Assembly: GCF_006345805.1 (NCBI RefSeq)
Contig: NC_042998.1
Span: 107,570,001-107,634,000, forward strand
Length of the DNA stretch: 64,000 nt
DNA from: Octopus sinensis
Taxonomy: Eukaryota
Direction: 5' to 3'
In this document: positions 62,734 to 64,000 of the stretch, in pieces
How the letters are laid out: each line of letters opens with the position of its first letter
Numbering within the stretch: the first letter of the stretch is position 1
Notes under the pieces: generated by a model
Database searches by the model: none
What the model saw: the letters and a program-made list of their open reading frames with translations, nothing else
What the model was told of the DNA's origin: nothing
Made by a program: the position numbers and the translations under genes

Positions 62734-64000
62734 CACTGGTGAAAATAAATTTAAGACCGATGATGAAAGTTCTATTTTTTTCAAAATATTTTGTTACTAA
62801 CACCATACAAATTATTTTTATCTTTTACACCTTATGCAGAATTTATTTCTCTTTCAAATGATGTAGACAATACCTATTTTTATACAACTTGAAGAATTCT
62901 AATGCTAAATTAATACAGATGTTTCAAATTTACTGGCAAAATTAGTTAAAGACTATGTAATATGTATGCAAATTTTTTTGCCAAAATGGGTGGTCACACA
63001 ACTAGCCTAACTAGTGTTATAATTTAACGTTATTATACAATTGATTAATAATGGGAAAACAACGTAGCCTCAGTCCAGTCATAAGAGCAAAAATTTTCGA
63101 ACATCAGCAAGCAACTAAAGTGCAGTAAAATGGCTTGCGTGCAAGTGTGAAAGTTATACTCAGAGACTGGTCAATATAACAATCGGCAAAGGACTGGCGC
63201 CCCAAGAAAAACAATGGCGCAGTTGGGCTGTCGAATCTACCGACTTTTGGAAGGCAACCGAATGCTGACAGCCATTGACATTTGTAAACAATTGTCCAAC
63301 AAGAATGGTGTTATTTTTACACCACAAACCGTCTGCAACCATTTGAGAGAATTTGGACTACATGGACGAATCGCTAAGAAAAAAGCCAATAATATCCGAA
63401 AGAAATCGACTCAAACACCTTAATTTCGCAAAAAGCCATGCTCAATGGACTGCCGAAGATTGGTGCAGGGTCCTTTAGAGTGACAAGTCACGTTTCTGTA
63501 TATTTAGATCAGATGGTAAAACATACGTCAGATGTTGCCCAACTGAGGAATTCCATTCGAAATGCGTGAAAAAAACAGAACAGTGCAAGTGGGGGTGGGG
63601 TGTGATGGTGTGGGCGGCATTTAGTAGCTTTGGTGTTGGCCCTCTAGTTAAAGTTGATGGAAAGCTAAATAGTGTAGGTTATATGAATCTACTAAAGGAT
63701 AATGTTGTGCCATATTTGTCTTACCAAATGCCTCTGGGGCTGTTTATCAGAAGGACAATAGTCCTGTGCACAAAGCCAAAAAGGTTATGGAATTTTTTGA
63801 TTATCATAATATTGACATAATCGAATGACCTCCCCAGAGCTTGGACCTGAATCCAATTGAGAACTTGTGGAATTATGCTTCCAAAAAAGTTCATGCTAAA
63901 AAACTATCTAATCTAAAACAATTATTTGATTATATTAATGAAATATGGCAAAAGATTCCCATAGAATTTTGTACTCACTTAGCGAATTCAATGCCGGGGC
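62734..64000 (+). mobile_element. Tc1-family (DD34E) transposon, mutated, running off the window end
   Basis: TA-cactggtgaaaataaa left end; ATG at 63050 (MGKQRSLS); SD at about 63480, VMVWAAF, D at 63754 and E at 63859 (34 residues between them), SLDLNPIENLW; stops and frameshifts. Confidence 0.92.

Overview
AT-rich, microsatellite-rich eukaryotic (animal) genomic DNA. The SINE/RTE repeat families and (GAT)n tails look like coleoid cephalopod, probably Octopus (inference from repeat recognition, not a database hit). The whole window is the 3' part of one minus-strand gene encoding a highly divergent dynein heavy chain-like protein. I reconstructed 28 GT-AG exons from 62295 to 2562 whose phases all match, totalling 4674 nt or 1558 codons with no stop. 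They cover late AAA4, stalk CC1, microtubule-binding domain, CC2, AAA5/buttress, AAA6 and the start of the C-terminal domain. The next well-spliced exon (1967-2046) carries an in-frame TAG. The introns hold RTE LINEs whose RT region contains a PHD-type zinc finger, three SINE-like families, mariner and Tc1 relics, decayed CR1/Jockey-like and R4-like LINEs, fold-back elements and simple repeats. No prokaryotic features, CRISPR arrays, or rRNA/tRNA genes were found.
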